From Amphiscolops sp. MND2022 (Eukaryota), in the NCBI GenBank assembly GCA_964187785.1, contig OZ076418.1:61070001-61134000 (forward strand): DNA of 64,000 bases, written 5' to 3'. The translations under genes and the position numbers were made by a program. Shown here one piece after another: positions 24,865 through 38,921 of this stretch. The notes below the pieces were generated by a model. The model was not told the DNA's origin. It worked only from the letters and a program-made list of their open reading frames with translations, and ran no database searches. Each line of letters starts with the position of its first letter. The first letter of the stretch is position 1.

Positions 24865-27800
24865 TGGGGATAATTCTTTAACTCGATTCGGTACGAAAGT
24901 TCAACCGAGGATATTGCCGATTTGATACAAGTATACCACACAATAATGTTCAAACAATATTGCTCAAATAAAATTAAACACTAGCGCCAGGTTAATACAA
25001 GATTGGCTGGATTAACTAAAACCTCAGTATACAACTGATTCAACTTTTTAACAGTATTAATATAAACTGTTGAAGGTTTTTGAAGTTTGGGTAATTGTCT
25101 ACATTGGTTCAAGTTCTGGGTTGGGGACCTCGAATACACTTGGCATGCTGTCTGCGTTGGACTCCAGCTCAATTTTGGAAATCATGATATTGTTTCCCCA
25201 TCTACCAGGCTTTTTTGTAACTCTTGCTGAGCTGCGGGCTTTGTTGCTGCTTCACTTTCCCATTTAACTGATCCTTCAATTGGTGCATTTTCTTGGACAG
25301 CGATTGGTTCTGGATAATCAGCAATTTGGATGGTTTCTGGTTCTTGCTCATCTAGTTCAATTTGGTTTGTTGTTTCTTCTGGGGGCTGTTCATTGTCTGT
25401 GTTTTCTTCTTCTTCGATTTTGATTTAAGGTTCTGGTTAGCTGGATTCTTCTTCCGCAAAGTTAGTTGATGTAGTTTGTCCCATGTCAACTCTTTTTGCT
25501 TTTTGTCTTTTCTTTCTCACCTTTTCTAGGTCCTTGACTGGCCCTACTTTGCCTCTTTTCGACTTGTTCCCTTTTGTCGCTTTTGGCGAGTTGCTGGTTC
25601 TTGCACTATTTACATCTATTGCCCCTTCGTTGTTAATTGGCCTATTTACAGTGTTTGCCACTTCCCGTTTTGAATAGACCGTCTTCTTGCATGTACTTGG
25701 TAGAACCGTTATGGTATGACTTGACTGTCCCACAATTTGTCCTTTGACTTTCTTCAAAGCTCCCTCTAGCTTCGTCCCTCTTACTCTCTCTCTCTCTCTC
25801 TCTCTCTCTCTACCTCACACAAGGATTGTAGAGTCGGCCTCCTCACTGAAGTCTTCGGGCTCGATTTCGATTTGTGGGTCCCTGTCTAAAATGCATTTTT
25901 CAATAATTCTCGATTTTTCAGTATTAGGTTGTCTTCCGTTGTGTCTTTCCATTGCGGATTTTCCGTCTATTCCTATTTCTGATCTCAGCGCAAATAGGAG
26001 GTTTGAAATTCCGTTTTTGTTTCTTTTCAATTTAACTTTTTGAAGTTGTTCTCAATCTTTCGTTAATTGTCCGAATCATTCTTTCTACTTTTCCATTTCC
26101 CCTAAGATCTCTTACTGGGCAAATTATATGATCTTTGAATTTTTCTTTACAGAATGTTTCGAATTTTTCGCTGAAGAATACACTACCCGGATCTGTTCTA
26201 ATTCTTTTTGATATTCCGTTTTTTGCTACGTATTCTGTCAAAAATTCCACCACTTTATCAGTTGTAGGATTTGTCAAGAAAAATGCATCTGGCCATCCTG
26301 CGTAATTGTCAACTGATACGAGTAAATACTTTTTCTTCATATTGGCATTTTAAAATGGTCCGGCAAAATCTACTCAAATTTCCTCATTTTGATTTTTCGT
26401 TTCTGGTAATTTTCCTAATTCTTTTTGTGTTTTTATGCATTTTAGGTTTTTACCTGCTTGTTGACATTCGCGCTTTTTCTACAATTTCCTTGTGTACTCG
26501 TGGCCACCAGACATCTGAAGCTTCTCTTAACGTAGAGTCCCTTCCCGCGTGGCCGAAATGAATTGCGCGGAGTATGTTTTCAAGCATATCCCTCGGAATA
26601 ACGAGGCGGTTATCCATGTATAAAAGGCCATTTGTGTCGACCGAAAAGGAATTAAACTTTTCCCTCCATGGAGAGGAAGATGGACAATAACTGCAGAATT
26701 TCTATTTTGGCCAAGACTAGTAACTTTTTGTATAAGTCGGTCATTTTCAACAGTAGCGCGAACGTGAACTTGGCTAATTTTAGAATTGGCTAGTTTCTTT
26801 TGTTCTGGCATTTGCGCGTTTTCGCTTGAATTAGCTGATTGCCTGCTTGCTGTGATTGTTTGCATACGCTTGTGAACTGTCAATACTTCACTCTTTAGCT
26901 TTTGTTCAACTTTAGTAATTTCTCGCGTTCTGATTGGTTCTCGCGTATCTGCCAATCGCTTGAATTTTGGAGAAATTTCTTTTACTACATTTACCGTGAA
27001 CCAGTCGTTGAACAGCTCTTCTGCCTTTGCTACCGATCCTTCATATACTGAGGGATGTCTAGACAAGTAGTCCGCCATTCCTAGGGTTCTTCCCTAGGGA
27101 GTATGTACAATCGCAAAATCAAAAGGCAGAAGCCTGTTTACCCACCTAGTCAATTTGTTTGAAAATGTTTTGTTTCCCTTATTTGATTTAAGGACTGTTT
27201 GTAGTGCTTTGTGGTCGGAAACTATTCCAAACGCCACTCCGTACACATAGTTTTTAAACTGTTCTACAGACCACACTACCGCTAACAACTCTAATTCATT
27301 GATCGAATATTTTGACTCTAATTCTGATAAAAATCAGGAGGCGTCTGAAATAGGTTTCCATATGTTTTCTTCACACTGTTGTAATACCGCACCTAGTCCT
27401 TGTTTACTCGCTTCACATATAATTAGCAACGGTTTGTTCCTTTTGAAATGTGTCAGTTCTGCTACTTTTTCCACTTCTTGGTTCACTCCTATAAAAGCTT
27501 TTTCATGGTCTTTTGTCCATGTCCACGGGGCGTCCTTTTTTAATATCGTTCTGAATGGGAAACAAATTGATGCTAAGTCAGGAATGAGTTTGTTGAATTG
27601 ATTCACTGCGCCCAAGAACGATCTTAGTTCTTTTAAACACGTTGGTCTCAGTTTTTCCGTTATGCCTTGTACTTTTGAGTTTATTGACGAAATGCCTTGG
27701 CTTGTCTATTTATAGCTCAGCCATTCAATTTCAGTATTTGCAAAATTACATTTTCCCGCCTTTAGCTGCAATTTGGCCGCGTCCAATGATTTCAGAATTT

Positions 27801-29765
27801 CCCGCACTTTGTCTAATTGTTCTTTCTTGGTTCGCTTTGTTACTATTAAAATGTCATCTATAAATACAAAAACTTCTCTAAGTTTAGCAAATAATTTATC
27901 CATTACTTTTTGAAATTCTGTTGGCATAATCGACAGACCATAAAAACCAGTTATAAATCTATACGTTCCTGTTGACTATCCGCCAATTATTTGAAAATTG
28001 CAATGTTTTGCCGTTACCTGGTGTAAAGGGACCTAGCCATATTCGTACGTCATATCAACCGATGAAAACCACGCTTCTCCTTTCTCGGTATCTAGTTTTT
28101 CTGCCACCATACGTAGCAAATTATCTAGATTGGGCATTTGGTATTTGTCCTTATCAATTTCTTGATTGAGAGCTCTTGCATCTAGCGCTATTTCCACTGA
28201 ACGGTCTTTCTTTACCGTTATTACTCTCTGTTGAATGAATACATCGTCTTTTATTTTGTCGAGTTTTTCGATGTGGCCTTCTTTCAGCAATCTGTTTACT
28301 TCGGCATCTACTGATTCCTGTAACTGAATTAGAACTCTTCTCCCTTTTTGTTGGGTTATTTTGGCATTCGGTTTTAAAATTCTTTTCACTTGATAATTCT
28401 TTACTTTACCCTGTCTTTCGAACAATGCCGGAATTTCTCTTACCAGTTGCTTTCCTTCTTCACTTAGTTCCATTTCAATAGAGTTGACTATTAACTTACC
28501 CTGTTCAGGCTCCAGTTTGTATCGCAGTGTCGATAGCCATTCTCTCCCAATGATTGACTTGGATCTATTTTGGGCAATTAAGATTCTGGCTTTTCTGATG
28601 TAGCTTTCATTTACTTGTAATTCGCAGAAAACACATTCCAACAGTTGTAAGGGTTTACCGTTGAATTCCACATATCTGCTGCCCTCAATCATTGGTCTTA
28701 CTTGCAGCTTGTCGCGCTTCATAATTCTTTTGGCCTCATTCAATGCTGGTGATCCCGTGTCTATCATTATTTTGAATTTATTGCCATTTATGAAGCCTTC
28801 CATATAGAATGGTTTTGCGTCGTCGCAGCTCCCATCCACATTCAACACCATGTAGTCATCTTCGTCGTCTTCGCCAGTTCCATCCTGATCGACTAACTGC
28901 ACTCTATTGCCAAATGTTCTGGTTTTGCCACTATTCAGGTTAGCTTCTCTTTTCTTTTGTTTGCACAGGCGCTCTAAGTGGCCTTTTCGTCCGCAGTAGT
29001 TGCACATTACATTTTTTCACATGCATTTTTTCACATGATCTAGGGTGAAATTCCCTGCGCCGCATCACCAACATTTTTTTGAATTATTGCTGCTGCTGAT
29101 TGCACACACCGGTTCATCTTTCAGTTTTGGTTCTTGGTTTATGTATCCGTAAGATCTCTGACGCTTTAATCAGTCTTCGAAGGCGATGGCAAATTGTAAT
29201 GCTTCAGCGGGTGTTTCTTTGGGTTCTGTACAGAGTTTTTCTTGTACTTGCTTGGTATTCATATTAAGTATAAAAATGTCATGTACGAGACCTTCTGTTT
29301 GATTGCCGAAATCACATCTGGCTGTCAGTCCATTTAGGTTGTTCCAGAACTGGTTCAATGTTTCGTTAGGCTTTTGTTTGCGGGATAGGAATGAATGGCG
29401 ATCAAGGGTTCTGTTACGTCGAGTTTGGAAACACTCAGTACAATGTTGTACGATTTTTCTCAGTTCGATTATTAGAATGTTTATGTTGGGGAATTTATTG
29501 GCGGTTTTGCCGATTGAAACGTATAGTAAGCTAACCATTTTTCTTTTTGCAGGCACTTCATCTAGGTTTCCCATTAATGCTGCAACTCTTGGGTTTTGGG
29601 CGTCAGTCTCTCATACAAGCTCCGACCTCGAAATAGAATGACTCGCCAGCGCTGCGACTTCAAAAAGCTGGATCCATTGATCCCAATCGTATCCTGGCGG
29701 TTTTTCTGCATCTTGCCAGAAGTAACTTAAGCCTGGTAATGGCGAATTGGAACTGTCATTTTCAT

Positions 29766-29780
29766 CAGCTCGTAGCGCCA
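29766..29780 (-). promoter_or_regulatory. Primer-binding site TGGCGCTACGAGCTG
   Basis: Immediately follows the 5' LTR end (TGTAACA|TGG); cognate tRNA not identified. Confidence 0.75.
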
Positions 29781-29934
29781 TGTTACAGTTCGGGTAGAGA
29801 ACTCAGAAGTAGTGAAAACAGTGAACGTGTGAATCTTGATGTTATGGCGTATCTTGATGTTATGGCAGTAAAGTGGATGTTGCCACTTTAGTTAGATTTG
29901 GCAGGTTGTTAAAAACACTCAATGTGAATTTACA
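29781..29934 (-). repeat. Gypsy 5' LTR (possibly truncated at its 5' end)
   Basis: Matches 24696-24849 apart from a few substitutions and an internal CTTGATGTTATGGC duplication. Confidence 0.8.
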
Positions 29935-31226
29935 TATTTTCTCACATGTGTTTTATTCATTTACAATCAGAATCGAGACTCTGCCACACTCCCCTTTTCG
30001 TTTGTTAGCTGGCGCTTTTCGACAAAAAAGTGCCAGAGTTTTACAGTGACTAGGTTTTTTGTTAGACACAGAGTTCACCCTGTATAAACAACTTTTTGCT
30101 ACAGAAGTTAATCGGTTTAGTGGGAAACTATCGGTCGCAGGTTCTAGTCCGTGCTTTGGCCAGAAACTTTTTAATGCTTTTGCAAAACCGGACAAGACCG
30201 AAGGGGTTTTTAGTTTTCCGGCTTTGTTACTTTTTTCGACACCTTTTTAATGCCTCCTAAGTGTCCCCCTTAACGTTTTTGAGAATTTGCAACAAACTGG
30301 ATTTTGAAAACGCCCAAAAAGCCTTCCTTTACAATTCTCTGCATTGAGAGTTTTCAAAATGAATAATACTAGTTTCAAAAGTATGTTTCCTTTGCATTTT
30401 TGGCACTGTAAAAATGAATTTTTTGCATATTTGAAAAACTTAGCTCTTTTTGAATCTTGAGCGGGCACTAAAAATTTCTTGGTCTCCTGACAAGTTGGTG
30501 ACTTAAATAGCACCCTCTGGATATTCAACTTTGGATTTTGTGACATGTATTCTTTCCGCCTTAGTCCTATGTAACATGGTCGGCATCGGCATTTTTCGTA
30601 TAACGTTTGTTTCAATACCGTGTTTTTTACAAAATCATTTAGCAGATGCTTGACTCTTCGGAACATTGAGTGAGGTGACGTCATGTTTGCATTAGGCATT
30701 GACGATTCTCTCAAGTCAAGAAAACACTTGCGACCATTTCAAAGCAAGTGACTGTACTAAACTCAATCGATGGTAAAAATAGTTGGCAAAGTTAGAAGCG
30801 GATGTCTGTGAGAAGAGAGAGAACTGTAGTGAGAATGTCGCTCTACTGTGAGAACATTTTCTTTGCACGTTCGAATTAGCTTAATCATAGGTGTAAGTAA
30901 TCATATTAATCACTGATGGGAAAAAGCGGTTTTTCTCAGACTGTTTTCAAGTGTTTCCTTTAAAGGTAAATGTTTTTTTCTCACGAAGCCTCCAAAACCA
31001 TGTTTTTATTCAGCTGACAATGCAATAAAGCTTTCGTGCAATTTCGACATACATTTTGAGTCAGCTACATTTGCATAACCGAAACATTAGAAACCTTTGA
31101 AATTGATTCAAGTCAAACTTTTTTCGCTGCATTTCATATCATACTCAGTGTTTAAATACTTTGAGATATCTCGAAAACTATAACTTGTCGAAGTATCCAC
31201 AAAAACAAGAAAACGTGAATTTAATT

Positions 31227-32070
31227 AAAACAAGCCGGGAAGGGCCCAAGTCGGCGCCATATCTAAGGCTCAACAAATTCTGTGAAATTTTGGGGAAAAT
31301 CGATTGTTATACGAGAAATGAAAACGTTATATCCGAACTTTGAAAACGTTACATCTGAACTTTTAAAACGCTACATCCGAACTAAAACCAGAGTTGACCT
31401 CTCGGGTAAAAAAGTTGAACAAATGAACAAAAAGGTAGACCTTTCAGAGTGGACTGAAAACCAGAGCCGCATATGCGGTAAAGGAGTCGGCTTAGGTTTT
31501 TTCTTCTGACTCGCCCCAATCCCAGTCATAACAATTTATTGGAATTGCTCACATAGGACCATACTATGTGTAGAAAATGACTGTAAAAATTTTCCTTCGA
31601 ATCGTATGAACAGTTTTGGCAAAAGCCAAAAAAAGTCGAAAAGTGGCTATTTTTTGGCCATTTTTGGGTTAATTTAGGCTACATTTCTCACATCCCAGCA
31701 ATACGAATTTGTTGAAATTACACACAAAGGACCATAACATGGTGCGGAATGACTGTACAAAATTTCATTCGAATCGTATGGACAGTTTTTGAGAAAATAG
31801 AAAAAAAAACGAAAAATGAGTGTTTTTGGCCATTTTTGGGCTAACTTTGGCTATGTTTCTCATATCCCAGCCATACGATTTTGATGCCTTTGCGCACGCA
31901 GGGGCACCTTTGGGTGTAGAATGACTGTGTAAAATTTCGTGAAAATCGTATGGACAGTTTGAAAATTTCATGAAAAGGTCGGGAGAAAAAAACAGCACGA
32001 TTGCATGAGTAGTCGAAAAATTTTTTCAGACTCCTAAAAACTGCCCACTGTAAGTCGGGTTTTTTTCTTA
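31227..32070 (-). mobile_element. DINE-1/HINE-like element copy (long variant)
   Basis: Same AACAAGCC...AAGTCGGCGCCATATCTAAGGCTC end; internal about 180-bp imperfect tandem unit. Confidence 0.5.
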
Positions 32071-34009
32071 AAGGGAGTTCTGAACATTTTTCCTCGAGTT
32101 TGAAACTGTTTTTTACTTCATTTTCGCTAACCGTTGCATTGAGCCCTTTAATACAATCTGTTCACATGAAGTAAAGACACGAAAGGCTGTTTAATCTGCT
32201 AACTGTTGATATTCTTTCATACCTCTATCCACAAACTCAGGTTATCGTTTGAACAGATTACGTACCAACTAACATAAGAGCAAATAACATAAAACCGAAA
32301 TTAATCACATTCAACATAAAAATTAAGTTTCATTTCACATAATGATAAAACCGAATATCCGCTTGTAAAATCGAACTCACGAAATTTTGGCAGTAATTTT
32401 CATACTTTTTCCAGTCAATCTTCTGAATTGTGAATGCTTTTGACCACTAAAACTTTCTCATGAACAATTTCATTTTTATGTTATTTGCTCGTTTTTCGGG
32501 AATCCAATATTGGAACTACTTTCAATGTGTTATTTTCAACAAGGCAAAGGTCAAGAGCCCTGTAAATGTTTCATGTTTTTTTGCAAAACTCAGTTCGAAT
32601 TCAGCTGTTTGTCAACATCCATTCATTTGTTCATGATTTTCTGTTTTTGTTTCATGAAAAATACTTGTATTTGGACCAAGAAAATATCAATTAACTGTTT
32701 TTGTACTGAAATTCTGGAAAATGGAATTCAATTCAGCTATTGCTCCAATTTTTTGTCCGTTCTTTCAGCGTGATTTTCGATTCAAAATCGCGTGAATAAG
32801 TGCGTGATTTTTGGCCATGTTCGCACGTGATTTCTTACTGGTCCTCTTAATGGGTAGCATATTTGAGGCCCGAAGCTAGTGTAATTTGAGGCCCGATAAA
32901 TTTGGTGACTATTAGCGTCAGATATTATACCAGCCAATATGTATTTAACTTCATTTATTTGAAGAGGTTAGCATATTTGTTGTATGGCTCGGTCGCTTCG
33001 CTCCCTTCGCCAAGTAGCAACATTGAGGTATGGCCATATGGCACGTCGCTCCGCTTCGCTTCGCTCCTGCATTTAGGGAACTAGGGGTATGTGAATATAG
33101 TTGACTACGTTGTAATATTAAGTTCGATGAACAAATTTTCGGGCCTCAGATAACATTTCATTATCGGGCCTAAATAAACGTTCCCCTCTTTATACCTGTG
33201 TCCTCCACAAATAGAAGTTAGAGTTTGAAAAGAGATTGGGTATTGCAACATTGAATTAATTTGGTACGTAGTCTTGATCCGTCTACTAACTTCTATTCAA
33301 ATATATCTGATTGTGTTGAGGATGCGAGCAGCCATATACAAATATCAATTTATTCAATTCAATTCAATTAGCTTCATGATTGCTGGAATGATTGGATCCC
33401 AATTTGGCACTGGACCTGATTAAAGCTACTGGGCCTGCAGTGAGCTATCACAACAATTCAGTCTGTTCTATTCTTTCTATCCATCCACACAGGTGAAAGA
33501 TGATGCTAGCTATTATATACTTTAAAAAAAACAGTTTTCAGGATTTCAACAAAATTTGATCTTTCTCGAATGTGTGCCCATAATGTGTTAAGTAAAAGCA
33601 AAAATCACGTCGGTTTTGGGAAATTCGGGCACAGATTTCGCTTGAAACGAACGTGAAAATGTTCCGGAATTACTCAAAAACTACGTGGTTTCCTTTTGTT
33701 TTGAGCAAACTATAGTCTTGAGACTGTTGAATAATTTGAAAACCATTTCACATGAGGTTTGGAAAGAATAAACAGACGCAGTTATATTATACTGGGTTGG
33801 GGGGGGGTTGTTGTTTTGGGTTGTTCAGGATTGGGGTTCACCTTTGAATGAGGATGATGAGCCAAGGGGGAATTTCGACACTCCTTGTAAGCTATTTACA
33901 AGCCAATCGCAAGCGAATAATTGAGGCCTTGAGCAATAAGCGGCAGGTAAACACTAAGCCACTAATCAAACAGGACTGGCCAAAATCACACTAGATACCA
34001 ATTTAATGG

Positions 34010-34345
34010 TTACATGGCATTTCGTCCTATGCAATTTCAAACGTTGCCATTTCAACCGCTCACAATTTCAACCTGCTAATTTTGGCTAATTACTCCTAAT
34101 TCGGTTGAGTTATAATTTCTGTACTGCAGTTGGTAATGAATAAAACAGCTTCAATTATTGGTAATAAATCATGAAGAAGCTAAAACGTATCAAAACTGGC
34201 ACAGTTGAATTGAGAAGTGTATGAAAATGAAAACCATTAAACTTCAAAAGATAAAACTAATTAGCCAAAATTAGTTTAGATCGAATTTGCGGAAGGTTGA
34301 AAATGCAATAGGTTGAAATTGCATAGGATGAAATGTCCTGACACA
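34010..34345. mobile_element. MITE with long terminal inverted repeats
   Basis: CATTTCGTCCTATGCAATTTCAA (34018) is inverted as TTGAAATTGCATAGGATGAAATG (to 34335). Confidence 0.7.
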
Positions 34346-34764
34346 CAATTTGTTATTTGGAGCCTTATTAGCCGATGATAAGAGCTGGTCGAAGAATGTC
34401 GATCCCCATGACTCATCATATGTTTGTTGTTTCATTCAAATTAAAAACCGCCGCGTGACTCACGGACTGACGATTGGTTGGTGATTAAATGAATCGGTGG
34501 TAGGGATTATAGCCGAACAGGATTGAGGACGAATATTTTTATAGCAGAACGAGATTGGATTCTTAATTGCACTTCACCGAACAACTTGAGAAAGAAGCTT
34601 CAATTTTAGCTGTTTATCTGTAACAATTAGCTGCAGTCAGAAGAAATGAAAGTTAATACGTGAAGATTCGGTCATAATCGCAATAGGCAACCATAATCTA
34701 ACCCTGTTCGGCCAAAATCACAACTACCGAATGGCTCATTCTCATCTCATTTAATCTCGTCTCC

Positions 34765-35037
34765 TTATTCGAGTACGACCACATCCAAGTCCTTGACCGA
34801 GTGTGGCTCCACTGTGACGTAGTAGAGATCTGCCCGGATGTTGAGAGTGGGGTGCTGCAGCGTGACGTGGAAAGTGCCGGGCAGCAGGAGGCGGAAGAAG
34901 TCTCCGTGGGGGGTGGAGGTCACGGCGTGACACGCAGTTGGGTCCTTCTCGTCCTCACTCAGCTGCACCGTCACTATGACGTCAGACAGCAGACGGCCCT
35001 GGCTGTCCGCCACTACGCCCTTGATCCCAGTGTGCAC
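34765..35037 (-). CDS. M14B carboxypeptidase, last exon (transthyretin-like domain)
   Basis: Acceptor cccattag at 35038-35039; VHTGIKGVVADSQG...TSTPHGDFFRLLLPGTFHVT...VVVLE*; TAA at 34765-34767. Confidence 0.92.
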   Translation of the reverse strand: MHTGIKGVVADSQGRLLSDVIVTVQLSEDEKDPTACHAVTSTPHGDFFRLLLPGTFHVTLQHPTLNIRADLYYVTVEPHSVKDLDVVVLE

Positions 35038-36243
35038 CTAATGGGGGAGGGACAAAGAAAAAGACATGGATGAATCATGGTGTACTACTAGGTGAACCAT
35101 AAGAAACGTAACGCAAGAAAAATTCTTTCTTCAAAACTAGTAACGTTTGTAAACAAGTAACAGAAGATCTTACACTTTGCCTGTCAATCAATCGAAGGTG
35201 TGAGAGACTTTAACAAGTTGAAGGTTAGAAACGATTTTCATTCAGATTGTAGAGAGAAATGGTTTGGCAGATTAAATTGTTAGCTATACTAGTAATTTCA
35301 AACAATTAAAAAACTAAAAAGTCTTATCATGCAGAAAATTGCAGCGTTTATATCAAATACTGGACGAGTTTTCAAGTTCATAATTCCAGTCTGAACCTAA
35401 CAAAAGAGGTATTCAGTGAATTAATGATGCTGTATGTTGACAAGCAATGAATTTAACCCTAAATGGACGATTGTACGATTTGGTATCTCGTCCCCTCTTG
35501 AAAAAAGTATAAGGACAGCGCGTACTGAAATCGGGGTTTGTTGTAGAGAGAGTAGAGATTTTTTGCCCATATTACATGGAGGGCGTGTCAGTGAAAAGAG
35601 TTTGGGTGTCAGTACGCTTCAAGCTGTAGAGCCTCCTTGCAGTGTAAATAACGGTCCTATAAAATAAATTTGGAAAACATCGGTAAGTGGAGAGTAATTT
35701 GAAATAGGCCCCTGCGGGGCACAGCATTATTTCTGCTTTTAGGCTTTCATCTTGAATAATAGCACATCTTAATCATTTATATAGCCCCCAATTAATCACT
35801 CTACCAGTTTACATCGCCTTTAATTCTTCTCGGACTAAAGAAAATATAACTACTAAGTGTAGACGAAGTTTCGCATTCGCAATTGAATGCAAGCGAAGCT
35901 CTCGACGAACGAATTAAGACTCGCTCGCTTCATCTCAATGAATTCGGCGTGCGAAAACATAATCACCACTCGCTCGTTCCATCGCACGAGAAACGAATTG
36001 TTGTCGGCAACTTGAGAAATTTAAATCTCACGCTTATACTCACTGCCGAACAAAATATCTGCATTTTTAAGTAGGTGCTTGAAATCACGACGAAAATTGA
36101 ACTGAAAAAAGTTGAATAATTCAGATTTCAATAATATTCCTGCATTTGCAGGAATAATAATAAATTAAGACTATGTATCTCAAATTTTATTGGTAGTCAG
36201 AAATTATTTGGTTTCATGGGAAGCACCCGAGGGATTGTCAGAT

Positions 36244-36470
36244 TTATGACAGCCCTCTCTCGTGAACTATAGCACTGATAGAAGACTCTACGATTGCTTG
36301 TTGGCGGCATGTCGCTCTGCAGCCTCTGAGACAGAGGATGGGGCTACGTAGAACAGCAAAACTTATTTTGGTTCTAATGTAGCTTATCGCGTCGGCGTAG
36401 CTTTCTGATCCTTTTTCGTTGATTTTTGCAGCTAGTACCAATTAGTTTCCGCAAACTTCTGAAGGCACTA
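36244..36470 (-). mobile_element. 3' end of a CRE-type (REL endonuclease) non-LTR retrotransposon ORF
   Basis: YADAISYIRTKISFAVLRSPILCLRGCR matches the conserved C-terminal IRxxLSFxxLRSxxxCLRGSR motif. Confidence 0.6.
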
Positions 36471-36639
36471 GCTGAACGTATGGAAAAGAAAATCCTTGAA
36501 TGAATAAGATTTTTAGACAAAATTACATTCCATAGCACGCATTTTCACGAAATTATCACGATGTCTCTAAAATCAAGTACCCGAGACCAGAAAATCGAAA
36601 AAACTGCACATTTTCAGTAATCAATTCGTTTCAAGGCGT

Positions 36640-36715
36640 TTGGCCTAATAGAATGCGTGGTAGCTGAGACAAGAGAGTGCGGGTTCGAATCCCGATATCA
36701 GCGAAGTTTATTATA
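36640..36715 (+). mobile_element. tRNA-derived SINE head (not a complete tRNA)
   Basis: A-box-like TGGCCTAATAG and B box GGTTCGAATCC; no closing acceptor stem seen. Confidence 0.4.
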
Positions 36716-37482
36716 CTCTATTTAAAATAGCAAAATTAGGAGTTGGTTTTTTGAAATAACCTTGAAAAAGCCGTGCTATTTATGTAGCACATATATTATT
36801 TGATTATTTTTGCTATCATTCAGCTTCGAATTGCTTTTGAAACTGGGCTATAGAAATAATCAATCATCTATTTTTAGTCGACGCAATTCAGCAGAGAATG
36901 AGCGCGACTGATACAGTGGCACACTTTCTTTCGTCAGATAACAGAATGTATGCATAGTGGACACTTTTTACAGAAACAACTAAACTAATGGACCGGCTGC
37001 GTGAACAAATTGTAAACGTCTATAGTTTAATAATATCCGGATATAACGTTGAATGTTCAGATATAGCGCATTTCGTCAGCTATACCGTCTATAGAGTAAA
37101 ATTATTTGCTCCAGTAGCTCTGATCTGTCCTTTTTTATGGACCACCGCTGCAGCAAATATAGGTTTGATAAAAAAGCGCTTCCATTTGTCCTAGCACGCT
37201 ACATCACAATTTCTGACATAATATCAGAAGTACAGTGTTTTACCAATGAGAAAGCGGGGGTTCGAAATTATTGCGCTATATCATGATCCGAATTTTGACG
37301 TTATATCCGAAGTAACTTGTAGTCTATCCCTTAAACATGGTATAGAAGACCGATTACCATAAATTCTACATTTTTGTGTAATATTTGTGCAAATGTCAAA
37401 ATTGTAAAATGAAATCATTTGTCAGTTCTTGCAAAGATGTACAACTGCATTGCATTGCTCTATCAAAGTGCTCCGTGCTTAC

Positions 37483-37614
37483 CTGTGCCATGAAGTTGAG
37501 GAGGGAGTCCTTGTTCTGGAACCAGTACATCCACATGTGCTCCTTCGGCGGGTACTTGTCACAGCCCAACTCCAGCGTCAGTTCCAGGCAGTTGGACGAG
37601 TCGTAGTTGTAGTC
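37483..37614 (-). CDS. M14B carboxypeptidase exon with catalytic Glu
   Basis: Acceptor gttgtcag, donor GTAAGC; 132 nt, phase 0-0; DYNYDSSNCLELTLELGCDKYPP... Confidence 0.93.
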
Positions 37615-38752
37615 CTGACAACACACAACACAACACACTCCAAAACACTACAAAGTCATCAACGCCCAAGTAGTCAGACAGCAGCCAAGAGAGTGATTTT
37701 ACAGCGGAAGTAGCGATTGGCGGAATATTATTGTTGTTTTCAAGTATCTATTCTAGTTTTCAAATATTGTCACTTCAAATCGCCAAAGATTGGACCCAAA
37801 AAACGCCAAACAACCAAATCTCCTTCCAGAATCCAATCAGAACGAACTTGATGCGTGCATAACATGCCACAAACATTTCCAATTTTCAACCCACCATTTC
37901 GTTCACTGTGTTGAGTGGTTTGAATCTAGAAGTCGTCTGTTGGCCTACTATGACTGCCAAATCTGATTATTCTAATGCCTTACTAGCGGTCGCGGAGAGT
38001 CTAAATCTGTGTCCACTTGTTCCAAACAACGCATATATCGGGAAACACTCTAGAGGTTATTCTGTCTACCTCCCTGAAACTTTTCAGTGTTCGTGGATAG
38101 GGATCTATACTCAGAACATCTAAATCCTGTTCGCTCTGTTCACTATCCCATCACCACGACTAAATCTAATACACAAGTGATTTACGATCTTTCAATGTCG
38201 TCTATCTCAAGAACAAGTTTCGATTAGTTCTTTTCTCCAATTTGTTGCGCACTCTGGTCTGTCCCCAAGTCGACCGTGTTGTCAATAAGTCTGGTCTGGA
38301 ACAATGTTTTATGCTATGGCACAACAATTTTCAATGATTGTGTTCAATCCCGTTCCAAGAAAATTTCTCGCCGACTGTAGTTTTCCTACTACTGCAACTA
38401 CTCGTCTCATACAATCCACTTAACAAGTTATAAACTGTCACCAAAACAACTGCAACCTTGATCACCTCAAAAAACTCAATAATGGAGATGCCTGCATCTG
38501 TATATTTGAGTGAGACAAAACTCTTCAGAAAGGTGGTAAGCGTCTGTTGTATGCAGACATCTGACACGTTCAGCAACCCGGGCTATATACATGATGAAAC
38601 TCGCAACCGATTGTCCATTTAAAAGGCGGAAAAACTGACTTTTTGCTTTCGATTGCTTCATTAATGTAATGAATACTCTTGAATAAAATTTTAAACGTCA
38701 AATTTAGTGATTTTTGTCTTTTCCGCACCCTGTCTTTGCTGCAGTGACTCAC

Positions 38753-38921
38753 CTGCATGCCCCCAGCGACAGGGTACCAGTCTGCGCCGTTGGTGATGCC
38801 CTGTGCGAAGGGGTGCGAGTCTCCGGGACACTTGGGGCTGTGGGCCATCAGCGAGTGGGGCAGCGAGTAGGACTTGGCCAGTTCTCGGAACAGCTGGTCG
38901 TCGGGAGTGCTCGAAAACTTC
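38753..38921 (-). CDS. M14B carboxypeptidase exon
   Basis: Acceptor gctgtag, donor GTGAGT; 169 nt, phase 2-0; STPDDQLFRELAKSYS...GITNGADWYPVAGGMQ. Confidence 0.93.

Larger units (their letters stand above)
24696..29934 (-). mobile_element. Decayed full-length Ty3/Gypsy LTR retrotransposon
   Basis: Two similar LTRs; PBS; gag with CNYCGRKGHLERLC zinc knuckle; protease MIDTGSP; RT (VFVFIDDILIV); RNase H (ICEASKQGLGAVL); integrase (VSVDNYAGWPDA, GNGKVERMIRTI); many frameshifts and stops. Confidence 0.92.

Noticed and set aside
25785-25810. (CT)n run within the Gypsy integrase C-terminal region
   Set aside because: Ordinary microsatellite expansion in a dead element.
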